43,367 bases of DNA from Candidatus Limnocylindria bacterium (GTDB taxonomy: Bacteria > Chloroflexota > Limnocylindria > Limnocylindrales > CSP1-4): NCBI GenBank assembly GCA_041483455.1, contig JBGPFS010000001.1:1-43367 (forward strand), in the 5' to 3' direction. Positions 1 to 7,253 of the stretch are shown here, piece by piece. Within the stretch, counting starts at the first letter, position 1, and each line of letters begins with the position of its first letter. A program made the translations under genes and the position numbers. The notes under the pieces are model-generated. The model searched no databases, was not told where the DNA came from, and worked only from the letters and a program-made list of their open reading frames with translations.

Positions 1-180
1 CAGGGTCTTCGAGTCGCGCACCCCGGGGATCCGCCGGCAGTCGGGCCGCATCAGGACGGCAGCCGCCACGACCGGGCCGCAGGTCGGGGCGACCCCGACC
101 TCGTCGACGCCGACGACCCGCCCGCGGCCGGCGCGCCAGTGGGCCCGTTCGAAGCGCAGGGTGGGCTCGATCGCGGCCAT
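1..180 (-). CDS. rnhB: Ribonuclease HII, first 60 codons only (gene runs off the left edge)
   Basis: Translation from ATG (180-178) gives MAAIEPTLRFERAHWRAGRGRVVGVDEVGVAPTCGPVVAAAVLMRPDCRRIPGVRDSKTL. The GVDE.G....GPVVAAAV and DSK.L blocks are RNase HII signatures. Position downstream of rplS fits conserved synteny. Confidence 0.8.
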   Translation of the reverse strand, partial: MAAIEPTLRFERAHWRAGRGRVVGVDEVGVAPTCGPVVAAAVLMRPDCRRIPGVRDSKTL

Positions 181-187
181 CACGCCG

Positions 188-193
188 AGGATA
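188..193 (-). promoter_or_regulatory. Putative -10 box TATCCT, 7 nt upstream of the rnhB ATG (leaderless candidate)
   Basis: Minus strand reads TATCCT-cggcgtg-ATG. It matches TANNNT and is one of very few AT-rich hexamers in the window. Confidence 0.35.
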
Positions 194-305
194 GCCGAGC
201 GGGCTCGGTCCGGGGTGGCCGACCGGAACGCGGTCGGAGGATCGGAGACCCCGTCGGACGACGGGGTCTCGTGAGGGGGGATCCCGGGGACCGCCGCTGG
301 GCGGC

Positions 306-656
306 TCAGCCCTTCGGGCGGCGCTCGCGGAGCGTGGCGGCCTTGCCGACCCGGTCGCGCAGGAAGTAGAGCTGGGCCCGGCGGACCGCGCCGTGGCGGA
401 CGACCTCGATCTTCTCGATCCGCGGGCTGTTCACCTTGAACGTCCGCTCGACCCCGACCCCGCTGGCGATCCGGCGGACCGTGATCGAGCGAGTGATGCC
501 GCCGCCCCGGAGGCGCATGACCGTGCCTTCGAAGACCTGGATCCGCTCGCGGGTCCCCTCGACGACCTTGGCCGACACCTTCACCGTGTCGCCGGCCGCC
601 AGCTCGGGCAAGTCGGTGCGGAGGTGATCCTGGACGATCTCGTCGAGCACGTTCAA
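306..656 (-). CDS. rplS: 50S ribosomal protein L19
   Basis: C-terminal 116 aa of ORF 306..1073: [53 protein letters not shown]... is typical L19. TTG start at 656-654 is preceded by GAAGGA with a 6-nt spacer. The upstream part of the track ORF overlaps trmD and is not coding. Confidence 0.93.
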   Translation of the reverse strand: MNVLDEIVQDHLRTDLPELAAGDTVKVSAKVVEGTRERIQVFEGTVMRLRGGGITRSITVRRIASGVGVERTFKVNSPRIEKIEVVRHGAVRRAQLYFLRDRVGKAATLRERRPKG

Positions 657-739
657 GGCGATTCCTTCGATTCCGGCGGGCAGCGTCCGATGGCTGCGGG
701 ATGGTCGTTCGAGGTGGCCGGACGGTCGTCCGGCGGCGG

Positions 740-748
740 AGTATAGCA
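740..748 (-). promoter_or_regulatory. Putative extended -10 promoter TGcTATACT upstream of rplS
   Basis: Minus strand reads gTGcTATACT in the trmD-rplS spacer, about 85 nt upstream of the rplS start. Confidence 0.4.
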
Positions 749-771
749 CGGGAGGTCGGGCGAACCGCCGC

Positions 772-1512
772 TCAGCCGGCCTCCTCCGGCTCCGCCTCGG
801 ACCGCAGCTCGGCGAGCAGGCGTCGGTCGCCGGGCGAGCGTGCCCCCTCGTCGACGAGATCGGGCCGTCGCTCCAGGGTCCGCCGCAGCGCCTCGAGGTG
901 GCGCCAGCGACGGACCGCGCCGTGGTCGCCGCCGACGAGGACGTCAGGCACGCGCTGCCCGTCGAACTCGGCTGGTCGGGTGTACTGCGGGTACTCGAGC
1001 AGGCCGTCCGCGAACGACTCCTCGGTCGTCGAATCGGGAGCGATCGCGCCCGGGAGGAGCCGCAGCACCGCATCGATGACCACGAGGGCCGGCAGCTCCC
1101 CGCCGGTCAGCACGTAGTCCCCGATCGAGAGCTCGAGGTCGACCAGCCGTCGGATGCGCTCGTCGACGCCCTCGTAGCGCGGGCAGAGGAAGACCAGGTG
1201 CGACCGGGTCGCGAGGTCGTGGGCGCGGGCCTGGCGGAACGGCTCGCCGGCCGGGTCGAGCAGGATCACGGTCGAGTCGGGACGCCGGATCTCGGCGAGC
1301 GCGGCGGCCACCGGTTCGGGCCGGAGGACCATCCCGGCCCCTCCGCCGTACGGATAGTCGTCCACGGTCCGGTGCCGCCCGAGACCCCACCTGCGCAGAT
1401 CGAGGACGCGGACGACCGCCAGCCCCTCCTCCTGGATCCGGCCGGGGATGCTGTCCGACAGCGGCCCGACGAGCATCGCCGGGAAGAGGCTGAGGACGTC
1501 GATCTCGAGCAC
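772..1512 (-). CDS. trmD: tRNA (guanine37-N1)-methyltransferase
   Basis: [30 protein letters not shown]...[17 protein letters not shown]...[15 protein letters not shown]...[21 protein letters not shown] is the TrmD fold signature. GTG start at 1512-1510 chosen just before the conserved IDVLSLFP block. Confidence 0.92.
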   Translation of the reverse strand: MLEIDVLSLFPAMLVGPLSDSIPGRIQEEGLAVVRVLDLRRWGLGRHRTVDDYPYGGGAGMVLRPEPVAAALAEIRRPDSTVILLDPAGEPFRQARAHDLATRSHLVFLCPRYEGVDERIRRLVDLELSIGDYVLTGGELPALVVIDAVLRLLPGAIAPDSTTEESFADGLLEYPQYTRPAEFDGQRVPDVLVGGDHGAVRRWRHLEALRRTLERRPDLVDEGARSPGDRRLLAELRSEAEPEEAG

Positions 1513-1519
1513 GGCCGGG

Positions 1520-2191
1520 TCAGCCGTCGACCGGGCCTGGGCCGTCGGGCGAGGCCGAGGCGTCAGGCGGAGGCGAGTCGTCGGGCGGAGCCGGCGCCGC
1601 AGCGGGGGTCGCGACCGGCCGCGCGCCGCCCTTGCGGGGTCGGGGATGACGGACGGCCTTGGGCGGCCGGATCGGCCCGAGTGCGAGCGCCGCCGCGTCG
1701 ACCACGATCTCCCCGCGCCGGGGCGCGAAGATCCGGATGAAGTCGCGGACGGCCGGCAGGTCGAATTCGCCGCGCCCGCCCCCTCGAACGACATACACGT
1801 CGTTCTCCGCCACGCGGTAGACATCCGCCACGGTGCCGAGCGGCTCGCCGTCGAGGCCGACGACGGGCGTCCCGATGACCTCGTGCCACCACAGGGCGTC
1901 GCGCCCCGGCCGGTCTGCGTCGGCGACCTCGGCCTCGAGGTAGGCGCCGCGCAGCTGGTCCGCCGCCGTCCGGTCGGGGACCTCGGCCAGTCGGATCCGC
2001 CAGCCCGGCCCGTCGGGGATGGGGATCCCGGAGACGACCGTCAGCGGCGCCGCGGATCCCTCGCGGTAGAGCGTCCGCCCGGGAGCGAAGCGCTCCTCGG
2101 GACGGTCGGTGAGGGCCTCGATCCGGAGCGCTCCGTTCAGGCCGTGGACGCTCCGGACCAGGGCGACGGTGAGTCGCTCGGCGACCGTCAG
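1520..2191 (-). CDS. rimM: 16S rRNA processing protein RimM, with a Pro/Ala-rich C-terminal tail
   Basis: The frame is open from 2191. Translation gives LTVAERLTVALVRSVHGLNGALRIEALTDRPEERF...WWHEVIGTPVVGLDGEPLGTVADVYRVAENDVYVV (RimM N-domain plus PRC barrel). The first ATG/GTG/TTG in frame is GTG at 1831, which would remove the N-domain. The proposed start is CTG 2191-2189, with GGAG 5 nt upstream. Confidence 0.8.
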   Translation of the reverse strand: MTVAERLTVALVRSVHGLNGALRIEALTDRPEERFAPGRTLYREGSAAPLTVVSGIPIPDGPGWRIRLAEVPDRTAADQLRGAYLEAEVADADRPGRDALWWHEVIGTPVVGLDGEPLGTVADVYRVAENDVYVVRGGGRGEFDLPAVRDFIRIFAPRRGEIVVDAAALALGPIRPPKAVRHPRPRKGGARPVATPAAAPAPPDDSPPPDASASPDGPGPVDG

Positions 2192-2421
2192 ACGATCTCC
2201 AGCGAGACGGATTCGCCGTCCCGGGCGGCCGTCACCTTGAGGAGCGTCCGAAGTGCCTTCGCGACGCTCCCGTTGCGACCGATCACCTTGCCCATGTCGT
2301 CCTCCGCGACGTGGAGCTCGAGGACGACCCCATCCCGGTCCCGGGTCTCCTCGACGGAGACGGCGTCCGGATCGTCGACGAGCGACTTGGCGACATACTC
2401 GACGAGTTCCCTGGCAGCCAT
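2188..2421 (-). CDS. KH-domain RNA-binding protein (YlqC/UPF0109 family)
   Basis: 77 aa: MAARELVEYVAKSLVDDPDAVSVEETRDRDGVVLELHVAEDDMGKVIGRNGSVAKALRTLL. It carries the GxxG KH motif (IGRNG) and the conserved position between rpsP and rimM. Confidence 0.9.
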   Translation of the reverse strand: MAARELVEYVAKSLVDDPDAVSVEETRDRDGVVLELHVAEDDMGKVIGRNGSVAKALRTLLKVTAARDGESVSLEIV

Positions 2422-2428
2422 GGCGAGC

Positions 2429-2683
2429 CTACTTTCCTGCGGGCAGGATGCCCGCGGCCCGGAAGAGACGGGCGACCGTATCCGAGGGCTGGGCGCCCTG
2501 GGCGAGCCACTTCTTGGCCGCCTCGGCGTCGATCTTGACCTCGACCGGCTCGGTCCTGGGGTTGTAGTGGCCGATCGTCTCGATCGACCGGCTGTCGCGG
2601 GCGCTCCGCGAGTCGGCCACGACGACGCGGTAGGACGGCTGCTTGGTGGCGCCGACACGGGTCAGACGGATGCGGACGGCCAT
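2429..2683 (-). CDS. rpsP: 30S ribosomal protein S16
   Basis: [46 protein letters not shown] is the canonical S16 N-terminus. GGAGG lies upstream. Confidence 0.96.
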   Translation of the reverse strand: MAVRIRLTRVGATKQPSYRVVVADSRSARDSRSIETIGHYNPRTEPVEVKIDAEAAKKWLAQGAQPSDTVARLFRAAGILPAGK

Positions 2684-2720
2684 GGGATCGTGGGTTCCTC
2701 CTTGCGTTCGATGGACGAGG

Positions 2721-4694
2721 TTACTTCACCGACACGATCAGCCGCAGGCGGCCGGCGTCGTCGGTGGCGGTGAGGGCCGCGGCGAGCGCGTCGAGCGGCT
2801 CGAGGTACGGCCGGATCTCGGTGTGGTACGTCGCGCCGTTCGGCGACGCGGCGATGATGGGCTCGAGGATGGCCCGCAGCCCGGCAAGGTCGACGAACGC
2901 CTGGCTGAAGTTCGTCCGGCCCGCCGCCTCGATGGCGGTCCGGTAGCCGGCTGCATCGGCGAGCGCAGCCCCCGGCTTCGTATCGAGGACGGCCTTGACG
3001 AACCCGTCCCCGAGACCGACGACCACGAGGCCGTCGAGAGATGTCACCGCGAGCTCCAGATGCGCACCGGGCGGGAACGGCAGCCGGGAGAGGTCCGGGG
3101 TGCTCGCCCCGGCCCCGCCGGCCGACGCGGCTTTGCCGATCAGGTCGCGCAGGTCGCCGAGGTCGAGGAGCGTGATCGTCCGGCCCGCATACGGCTCGTC
3201 CCGGGACGTGATGCCGGCCGCCGATCCGGCGAGCGCGACCAGGTTCCGGAGCTGGGTGACGGCGTTGTCGGCGTCGGCGGGCGTCGCGGTCCGGACGAGC
3301 GCCCCGACTCCGACCGACGGATCGCCGGTCACGACGAGCCCGGCATCGCCGAGCGAGGCGAGTCCGCTCTCGACACCCTGGAGGATGGCATTCGGATCGC
3401 CGAGCCCACCCGGGAGGGTGGCCCCGGGACCGGTCGAGGCGCGGCTCGCGAGGGCGGCCTTCAGAAGCGCCGAGAGCGTGGCGCCCAGGTCGTGGGTCTC
3501 GATCGCGACGACCGTCGTCGCCGGCAGGTGTCCGGCGAGCGAGCTTTCGCGCGGGGTCATGGCCAAGACGGCGGGGGAACCGGACGTCGCCGGGACCGGA
3601 CTTGCGCCGGCGCCCCCGGTCGATCGCTCGGCCAGCTGGTCGAACCGGAGCTGGGCACCCTCGGCCCGGAGATCCCAGACCAGCCAGCCGGGCAGGTTCG
3701 CGAGGAGATCCCCCGTCGCGCCGACGGTCGGCAGGAGGGCGGACGCGCCGGGCAGCGCGGCGAGCGAGCCGCGGACGATCGCCCGGACATCGAGCCAGGC
3801 CATGGCCAGGCGGTCGCCCGGGATCTGCGCCAGGGCCGCCCGGAACGCCGGGACATCGAGGAGCGCTGCCGACGGGCCGCGATCGAGGGCCGCCCGGATC
3901 GCCACGGGATCGCCGGCCAGCAGGACCGAGCCGGTCAGGGCATAACCCGAGGCGATCCCTCCCGCCGTCGTCCAGGTGACGACCGAGGCTCCGGCGCGGG
4001 TCTCGGTCGACGCGCCGGCCGGGGTCACGGAGGCGAGCCAGGTCCTGGCCGCCGCTGCGTCCCGGACGGTGGCGATCCCGAGGACGCCCGTTCCGGGGTC
4101 GGCTCCGCCGGATGGCTGCCCGAGCGTGACCGCGGGGAGCTTCGTGACCGCCAGCGCGAGCTCGCCGCCCAACCACGGCTTGAGGTCGGCGCTGAACGTC
4201 CGCTTGCCATCGGTCGCGTTCCGGACCAGGCGGTCGAGGACCTCGTCGGCCTTGGCATCGAACGTCGAGCGGTCGGCGAAGCCGGGGAAGTGGCTCGCGA
4301 ACTCGACGAGCTTGGCCCGCTGGTCGCCCGGCAGGTCGGCCCGGACCTCGAGGTAGGCCAGGCTGTCGGCGGGGGCCCAGCGCACCACGATCGAGCTGCT
4401 CGAGCCGGTCGCGAACGCGCCGATCACGATCCCGACGAGGACGACGACGAGCGTGCTCACCGCGAGGGCGATCGCCCAGCGACGACCTCGTCCCATGCCC
4501 GCCGGCGGCTGAGCGGCCGGCGCTCCTCCGACGGACCCTGCGGCAGCCGGCGCTCCTCCGGCCGGCCCTTCGGCGGCCGGTGCGTCGGCCGTCGGGGCTT
4601 CGGGGCCCGACGCACCTCCGCCTGGCCCTGCGGCGGCCGGCGGCTGCGCGACCCGCGAGAGATCCTCGTCGGAGAGTGGACGCTCGTCGGTCAT
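2721..4694 (-). CDS. Membrane-anchored hypothetical protein (DUF3352-like): Pro/Ala/Gly-rich N-terminus, one TM helix, about 560-aa extracytoplasmic region
   Basis: 657-aa ORF with ATG at 4694, 1 nt after the ffh stop. TM segment [23 protein letters not shown]. No catalytic motif recognised. The family call rests only on remembered resemblance to DUF3352 proteins. Confidence 0.75.
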   Translation of the reverse strand: MTDERPLSDEDLSRVAQPPAAAGPGGGASGPEAPTADAPAAEGPAGGAPAAAGSVGGAPAAQPPAGMGRGRRWAIALAVSTLVVVLVGIVIGAFATGSSSSIVVRWAPADSLAYLEVRADLPGDQRAKLVEFASHFPGFADRSTFDAKADEVLDRLVRNATDGKRTFSADLKPWLGGELALAVTKLPAVTLGQPSGGADPGTGVLGIATVRDAAAARTWLASVTPAGASTETRAGASVVTWTTAGGIASGYALTGSVLLAGDPVAIRAALDRGPSAALLDVPAFRAALAQIPGDRLAMAWLDVRAIVRGSLAALPGASALLPTVGATGDLLANLPGWLVWDLRAEGAQLRFDQLAERSTGGAGASPVPATSGSPAVLAMTPRESSLAGHLPATTVVAIETHDLGATLSALLKAALASRASTGPGATLPGGLGDPNAILQGVESGLASLGDAGLVVTGDPSVGVGALVRTATPADADNAVTQLRNLVALAGSAAGITSRDEPYAGRTITLLDLGDLRDLIGKAASAGGAGASTPDLSRLPFPPGAHLELAVTSLDGLVVVGLGDGFVKAVLDTKPGAALADAAGYRTAIEAAGRTNFSQAFVDLAGLRAILEPIIAASPNGATYHTEIRPYLEPLDALAAALTATDDAGRLRLIVSVK

Positions 4695-4695
4695 C

Positions 4696-6027
4696 TCAAC
4701 GCCTCCCCATCAGGTTCGCGGCCGCCCGGCGCGCTCCCCCGCCCGAGAACTGCTTCACCAGCTTCTGCATCTCACCGAACTGCTTCACGAGCCGATTGAC
4801 GTCCGGGAGGGTCGCGCCGGAACCCGACGCGATCCGGCGCCGCCGCGACGCGTTGAGGATGGTCGGATCCCGTCGCTCGCGCGGGGTCATCGAGCGGACG
4901 ATCGCCTCGGCCCGGCGGAGGTCGCCCCGATCGACGGCCGCCTCCGCCTCCTTGGCCATCCCGCCCATCCCGGGCAGCATCCCCATGATCTGACCCAGCG
5001 GGCCCATCTTCTGGAGCTGCTGGAGCTGGTCGAGGAAGTCCTCGAGCGTGAAGCTGCCCTTGCGGAGCTTCTCCTCGAGCTTCGAGGCCTGGTTCTGGTC
5101 GTACGAGTCCTGGGCCCGCTCGACGAGCGTCAGGATGTCGCCCATCCCGAGGATCCGGCCGGCCAGCCGGTCCGGGTGGAAGACCTCGAGGGCGTCGGTC
5201 TTCTCGCCGGTGCCCATGAACTTGACCGGCAGACCGCTGACGGCGCTGATCGAGAGCGCGGCGCCACCGCGGGCGTCGCCGTCGATCTTGGTCAGGATGA
5301 GGCCGGTGAGCGGGACCGTCGCGGCGAACGCCTCCGCGACCGCGACCGCTTCCTGGCCGACCATGGCATCGACCACCAGCAGGTTCTCGACCGGCCGGAT
5401 CGCCTCCGCGACGGTCGCGATCTCGGCCATCAGCGCCTCGTCGATCGTGAGTCGACCGGCGGTGTCCACGATGACCACGTCCCGGACCGAACGCCGGGCC
5501 GCCTCGATCCCGCCCCGGGCGATGTCGACGACGGGCGTCCCGACCGGCGCCCGGTGGACGGGCACCCCGAGCGCGCGGCCGAGCGTCTCGAGCTGATCGG
5601 CAGCGGCCGGCCGGTACGGATCGGCGGCGACGAGGAGGGGCCGACGGCCGAGCTTGATGACGTGCCGGGCGAGCTTGGCGGCGGACGTCGTCTTCCCCGA
5701 GCCCTGGAGGCCGACGAGCATGACGACGGCCGGATCGCCCGCCAGGTGGAACGTCCGGTCGCCGGCCGAGAGGAGGGCCGTCAGCTCCTCGTTGACGATG
5801 CCCACCACCTGCTGACCGGCGGTCAGGCTCTCCAGCACGTTCGCGCCGACGGCCCGGGCCCGGACCCGGCCGACGAAGTCGCGGACGACCTTGAAGTTGA
5901 CGTCCGCCTCGAGGAGCGCGAGCCGGACCTCGCGCATGGCCGCGTCGACGTCGGCCTCGCTGACCCGGCCCCGGCCGGTCAGATCGCCCAGGGTCTTGCG
6001 CAGGCGCTCGCTGAGATTGTCGAACAT
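4696..6027 (-). CDS. ffh: Signal recognition particle protein Ffh
   Basis: MFDNLSERLRKTLGDLTGRGRVSEADV...LVGLQGSGKTTSAAKLA...DTAGRL...LTKIDGDARGGAALS, followed by a Met-rich M domain (GMLPGMGGM). ATG at 6027. The 71 codons upstream in the track ORF are not conserved. Confidence 0.95.
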   Translation of the reverse strand: MFDNLSERLRKTLGDLTGRGRVSEADVDAAMREVRLALLEADVNFKVVRDFVGRVRARAVGANVLESLTAGQQVVGIVNEELTALLSAGDRTFHLAGDPAVVMLVGLQGSGKTTSAAKLARHVIKLGRRPLLVAADPYRPAAADQLETLGRALGVPVHRAPVGTPVVDIARGGIEAARRSVRDVVIVDTAGRLTIDEALMAEIATVAEAIRPVENLLVVDAMVGQEAVAVAEAFAATVPLTGLILTKIDGDARGGAALSISAVSGLPVKFMGTGEKTDALEVFHPDRLAGRILGMGDILTLVERAQDSYDQNQASKLEEKLRKGSFTLEDFLDQLQQLQKMGPLGQIMGMLPGMGGMAKEAEAAVDRGDLRRAEAIVRSMTPRERRDPTILNASRRRRIASGSGATLPDVNRLVKQFGEMQKLVKQFSGGGARRAAANLMGRR

Positions 6028-6057
6028 CCGAGGTCTGGCGGGCTCCGTTCGGCTCGG

Positions 6058-6082
6058 CGGAACGGCGAGGTGGGCCGTTCCG
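6058..6082 (-). other. Perfect 9-bp stem hairpin in the ffh 5' leader
   Basis: Minus strand reads CGGAACGGC-ccacctc-GCCGTTCCG, about 30 nt upstream of the ffh ATG. Confidence 0.4.
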
Positions 6083-6118
6083 GATGGCGCGCGGGTTCTG
6101 GCACGCCGAGGCACGGGG

Positions 6119-6124
6119 AGTGTA
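6119..6124 (-). promoter_or_regulatory. Putative -10 box TACACT in the ftsY-ffh spacer
   Basis: Minus strand reads ggTACACT. It matches TANNNT and lies about 90 nt upstream of the ffh ATG. Confidence 0.3.
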
Positions 6125-6163
6125 CCGCACCGCCCGAGCGGGTCCCGCGGGCCTCTGGGGAGG

Positions 6164-7243
6164 CTAGGCGAAGAGCGCCTCCACGAAGGTCTCTGGGACG
6201 AACGGCAGGAGATCGCCGACCCGCTCCCCCACCCCGACATAGCGGACCGGCACGCCCAGCGCGGCCTCGATCGCGAAGACGATGCCGCCTTTGGCGGTCG
6301 AATCGAGCTTGGTCAGGACGATCCCGGTCAAGCCGGTCGCCTCGTGGAAGGCCCGGGCCTGGGCGAGCCCGTTCTGGCCGGTCGTGGCGTCGAGGATGAA
6401 GAAGACCTCCGGGACCGCGCCAGGAAGTCGCTTGTCGACGATCCGGCGCACCTTCGCCAGCTCGTCCATCAGGTTCACCTTCGTATGCAGCCGGCCCGCC
6501 GTGTCGGCGATCACCAGGTCGACTCCCCTGGCGACGGCCGCGTCGAGCGCGTCGTAGACGACCGCCCCGGGATCGGCCCCCGGCGCGTGGGCGATGACTG
6601 TCGCCCCGGCCCGCTCGCCCCAGATCCTGAGCTGGTCGATGGCCGCCGCCCGGAACGTGTCCGCGGCCGCCAGGATGACACTCCGACCGGCGCTCCGCTC
6701 TCGACTTGCGAGCTTGCCGATCGTGGTCGTCTTGCCGGTCCCGTTCACCCCGACCACGAGGACGACGGCCGGCGGGGACGGGGCCGACGCCACCAGGGAC
6801 CAGCTCGGGTCCCGCTCGACGAGGAGTGCGCTGAGCTCGGCCCTCACGGCGGCCTCGTTGCCCGCCGGATCGCGCCGGCGGCGGGCACGCTCGACCACCT
6901 CGAGCGCGAGGATCGCCCCGACGTCGCCCGCGATCAGCGTCTCCTCGACCTCCTCCCAGGCCGGCCCGCCGCCGTCGCCGGCGCCGAGGATCCCCCGGAG
7001 CCGGGCGATGAAGCCGCCGCGCGAACGCGCCAGGCCGACCTCGAGCGACCCGGGCGCCGTTTCCTCGGGCGGGAGCGGCTGGGCCGATGCGGCGGGCTCG
7101 GACGGCAGGTCCGGCGCCGGCCCGACGGGGTCGGGCGCCGGACCGTCTGGCTCGTTGGGCGGCTCGTCGATGTCGGACGTCGTCGACCGCTCGGCAGGCG
7201 CTGACGCTGACTCCTCGTCCTTCGGTCGGCGATGCCAGAACAG
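6164..7243 (-). CDS. ftsY: Signal recognition particle receptor FtsY
   Basis: NG domain: [35 protein letters not shown]. Conserved N-domain helices ([18 protein letters not shown]...[14 protein letters not shown]) lie upstream of the first canonical start, GTG 6898. The proposed start is CTG 7243-7241, with AGGAG 7 nt upstream. Confidence 0.85.
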   Translation of the reverse strand: MFWHRRPKDEESASAPAERSTTSDIDEPPNEPDGPAPDPVGPAPDLPSEPAASAQPLPPEETAPGSLEVGLARSRGGFIARLRGILGAGDGGGPAWEEVEETLIAGDVGAILALEVVERARRRRDPAGNEAAVRAELSALLVERDPSWSLVASAPSPPAVVLVVGVNGTGKTTTIGKLASRERSAGRSVILAAADTFRAAAIDQLRIWGERAGATVIAHAPGADPGAVVYDALDAAVARGVDLVIADTAGRLHTKVNLMDELAKVRRIVDKRLPGAVPEVFFILDATTGQNGLAQARAFHEATGLTGIVLTKLDSTAKGGIVFAIEAALGVPVRYVGVGERVGDLLPFVPETFVEALFA

Positions 7244-7253
7244 GGCTCGGCTC

